From: an uncultured bacterium
GTDB lineage: Bacteria; Acidobacteriota; HRBIN11; JAKEFK01
Reading direction: 5' to 3'
NCBI GenBank assembly: GCA_963777505.1
Contig: CAVZQN010000008.1
Span: 503,493-567,492 of the forward strand
DNA length: 64,000 nt
Shown: positions 63,264 to 64,000 of the stretch, one piece after another
How the letters are laid out: the number at the start of each line of letters is the position of its first letter
Numbering within the stretch: position 1 is the stretch's first letter
Program-made: the position numbers and the translations under genes
Notes under the pieces: model-generated
What the model was told of the DNA's origin: nothing
The model's database searches: none
The model's input: only the letters and a program-made list of their open reading frames with translations

Positions 63264-64000
63264 ATTGACCTCCAACAAGTTGCAAGGGGTTTTCTTCTTT
63301 TGCCAGATGGCACTCTACCATTCTGCCGTCGCCGAACGCAGGCTTTGGCGGATCGTGGTGGCAGCGTTCGACTGCGACACGGCAGCGCGGATGGAAACGG
63401 CAGCCGGGCGGGATGTTCGACGGGTCCGGAATGGTGTCGCCGAGGCCGACATCGGGAACGCCGAGATCCGGGCTCTGGCGTCAGCACGCTGTCCAGCAGC
63501 GCGCGCGTGTAGGGATGGCGCGGCGTACGGAACAGGGCGTCGGTCTCGTTCATCTCGACGATGCGGCCGAGATACATCACGGCAACGGTGCTTGCCACAT
63601 GCTCGACCACGGCGAGGTTGTGGCTGATGAAGATGTAGGTGAGGTTGAAGTCGCGCCTGAGCTCGGACAGCAGGTTGAGGATCTGCGCCTGCACGGAGAC
63701 ATCGAGCGCGCTGGTCGGTTCGTCGCAGACGACGACCTTCGGCTTGATGACGAGCGCGCGGGCAATCGCCACCCGCTGGCGCTGTCCGCCCGAAAGCTGT
63801 GACGGGAGGCGGTCGGCCATCGCCCGGGAAATGCCGACGCGGTCGAGCACGTCGCTGGTCAGCTTCGCGATCTCGTCGCGCCTGAACGAGCCTTGCGCCA
63901 CCAGCGGCAGGGCGACGATCTCCTGGATGGTCTGGCGCGGATTGAGCGAGGAGAACGGGTCCTGGAACACCGGCTGGATCAGTCTTGCGCGCGCCTTGCG
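63250..64000 (-). pseudogene. oligopeptide/dipeptide-type ABC ATP-binding protein (DppF/OppF-like), 5' end outside the window, 1 frame break
   Basis: 63104..63970: [49 protein letters not shown]. The C-terminal IPPGCRFHPRCRVAVERC... is read in another frame and ends at TAA 63250-63252. It overlaps the SBP start by 14 nt. Confidence 0.85.

Overview
This is a high-GC chromosomal window. Spot counts on single 60-nt lines give 41/60 G+C in typical genes and 30-32/60 in one A/T-richer gene. The protein families and the intergenic GTC(A/G)T(C/G)CC..GCG(A/C)AAGCGGG-type repeats suggest a Bradyrhizobium/Nitrobacteraceae-like alphaproteobacterium; this is inference.

I can support about 60 protein-coding loci. 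I found no rRNA, tRNA, CRISPR array, transposase or integrase.

Gene content from left to right:
- treS-glgE with divergent malQ (alpha-glucan metabolism), then an intact Cys-type arylsulfatase.
- A LysR-controlled operon: FAD oxidoreductase, two-subunit aconitase-X, an Fe3+/polyamine-type ABC importer and an IlvD/Edd dehydratase.
- An outer-membrane barrel locus with an omptin-like C-terminal half, and a threonine-synthase-like gene.
- A membrane glycosylation trio: TM-anchored GT2, methyltransferase and GT-C.
- TfoX, an acyl-CoA ligase, a gluconolactonase, and gnd-gntK-epoxide hydrolase.
- A Tat-exported deaminase coupled to an exported ankyrin protein.
- ACAD, MBL hydrolase, HU, an SDR-CMD-SDR cluster, GNAT/GST and TetR-MFS.
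- A leaderless avidin-fold protein and xthA.
- A 7TMR-DISM histidine kinase with a NarL regulator next to a secreted HExxH protein.
- A flavin monooxygenase with TetR, a stand-alone triple-GAF protein, and a peptide-type ABC fragment at the right edge.

Major caveat: about two thirds of the recognisable genes can only be read by hopping between frames at apparent +/-1 indels. The flanking protein sequence is otherwise well conserved. I interpret this as consensus or assembly error rather than real decay. I label those loci pseudogene because that is what this sequence literally shows.

Nothing here is demonstrably novel from sequence alone. The candidates most worth a second look are:
1. The AcnX + FAD oxidoreductase + IlvD/Edd + ABC operon with twin dyad operators.
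2. The periplasmic deaminase/ankyrin cassette.
3. The low-GC GT2/methyltransferase/GT-C trio.
4. The Omp25-like plus omptin-like tandem barrel.
5. The leaderless avidin-fold gene.
6. The output-less triple-GAF protein.
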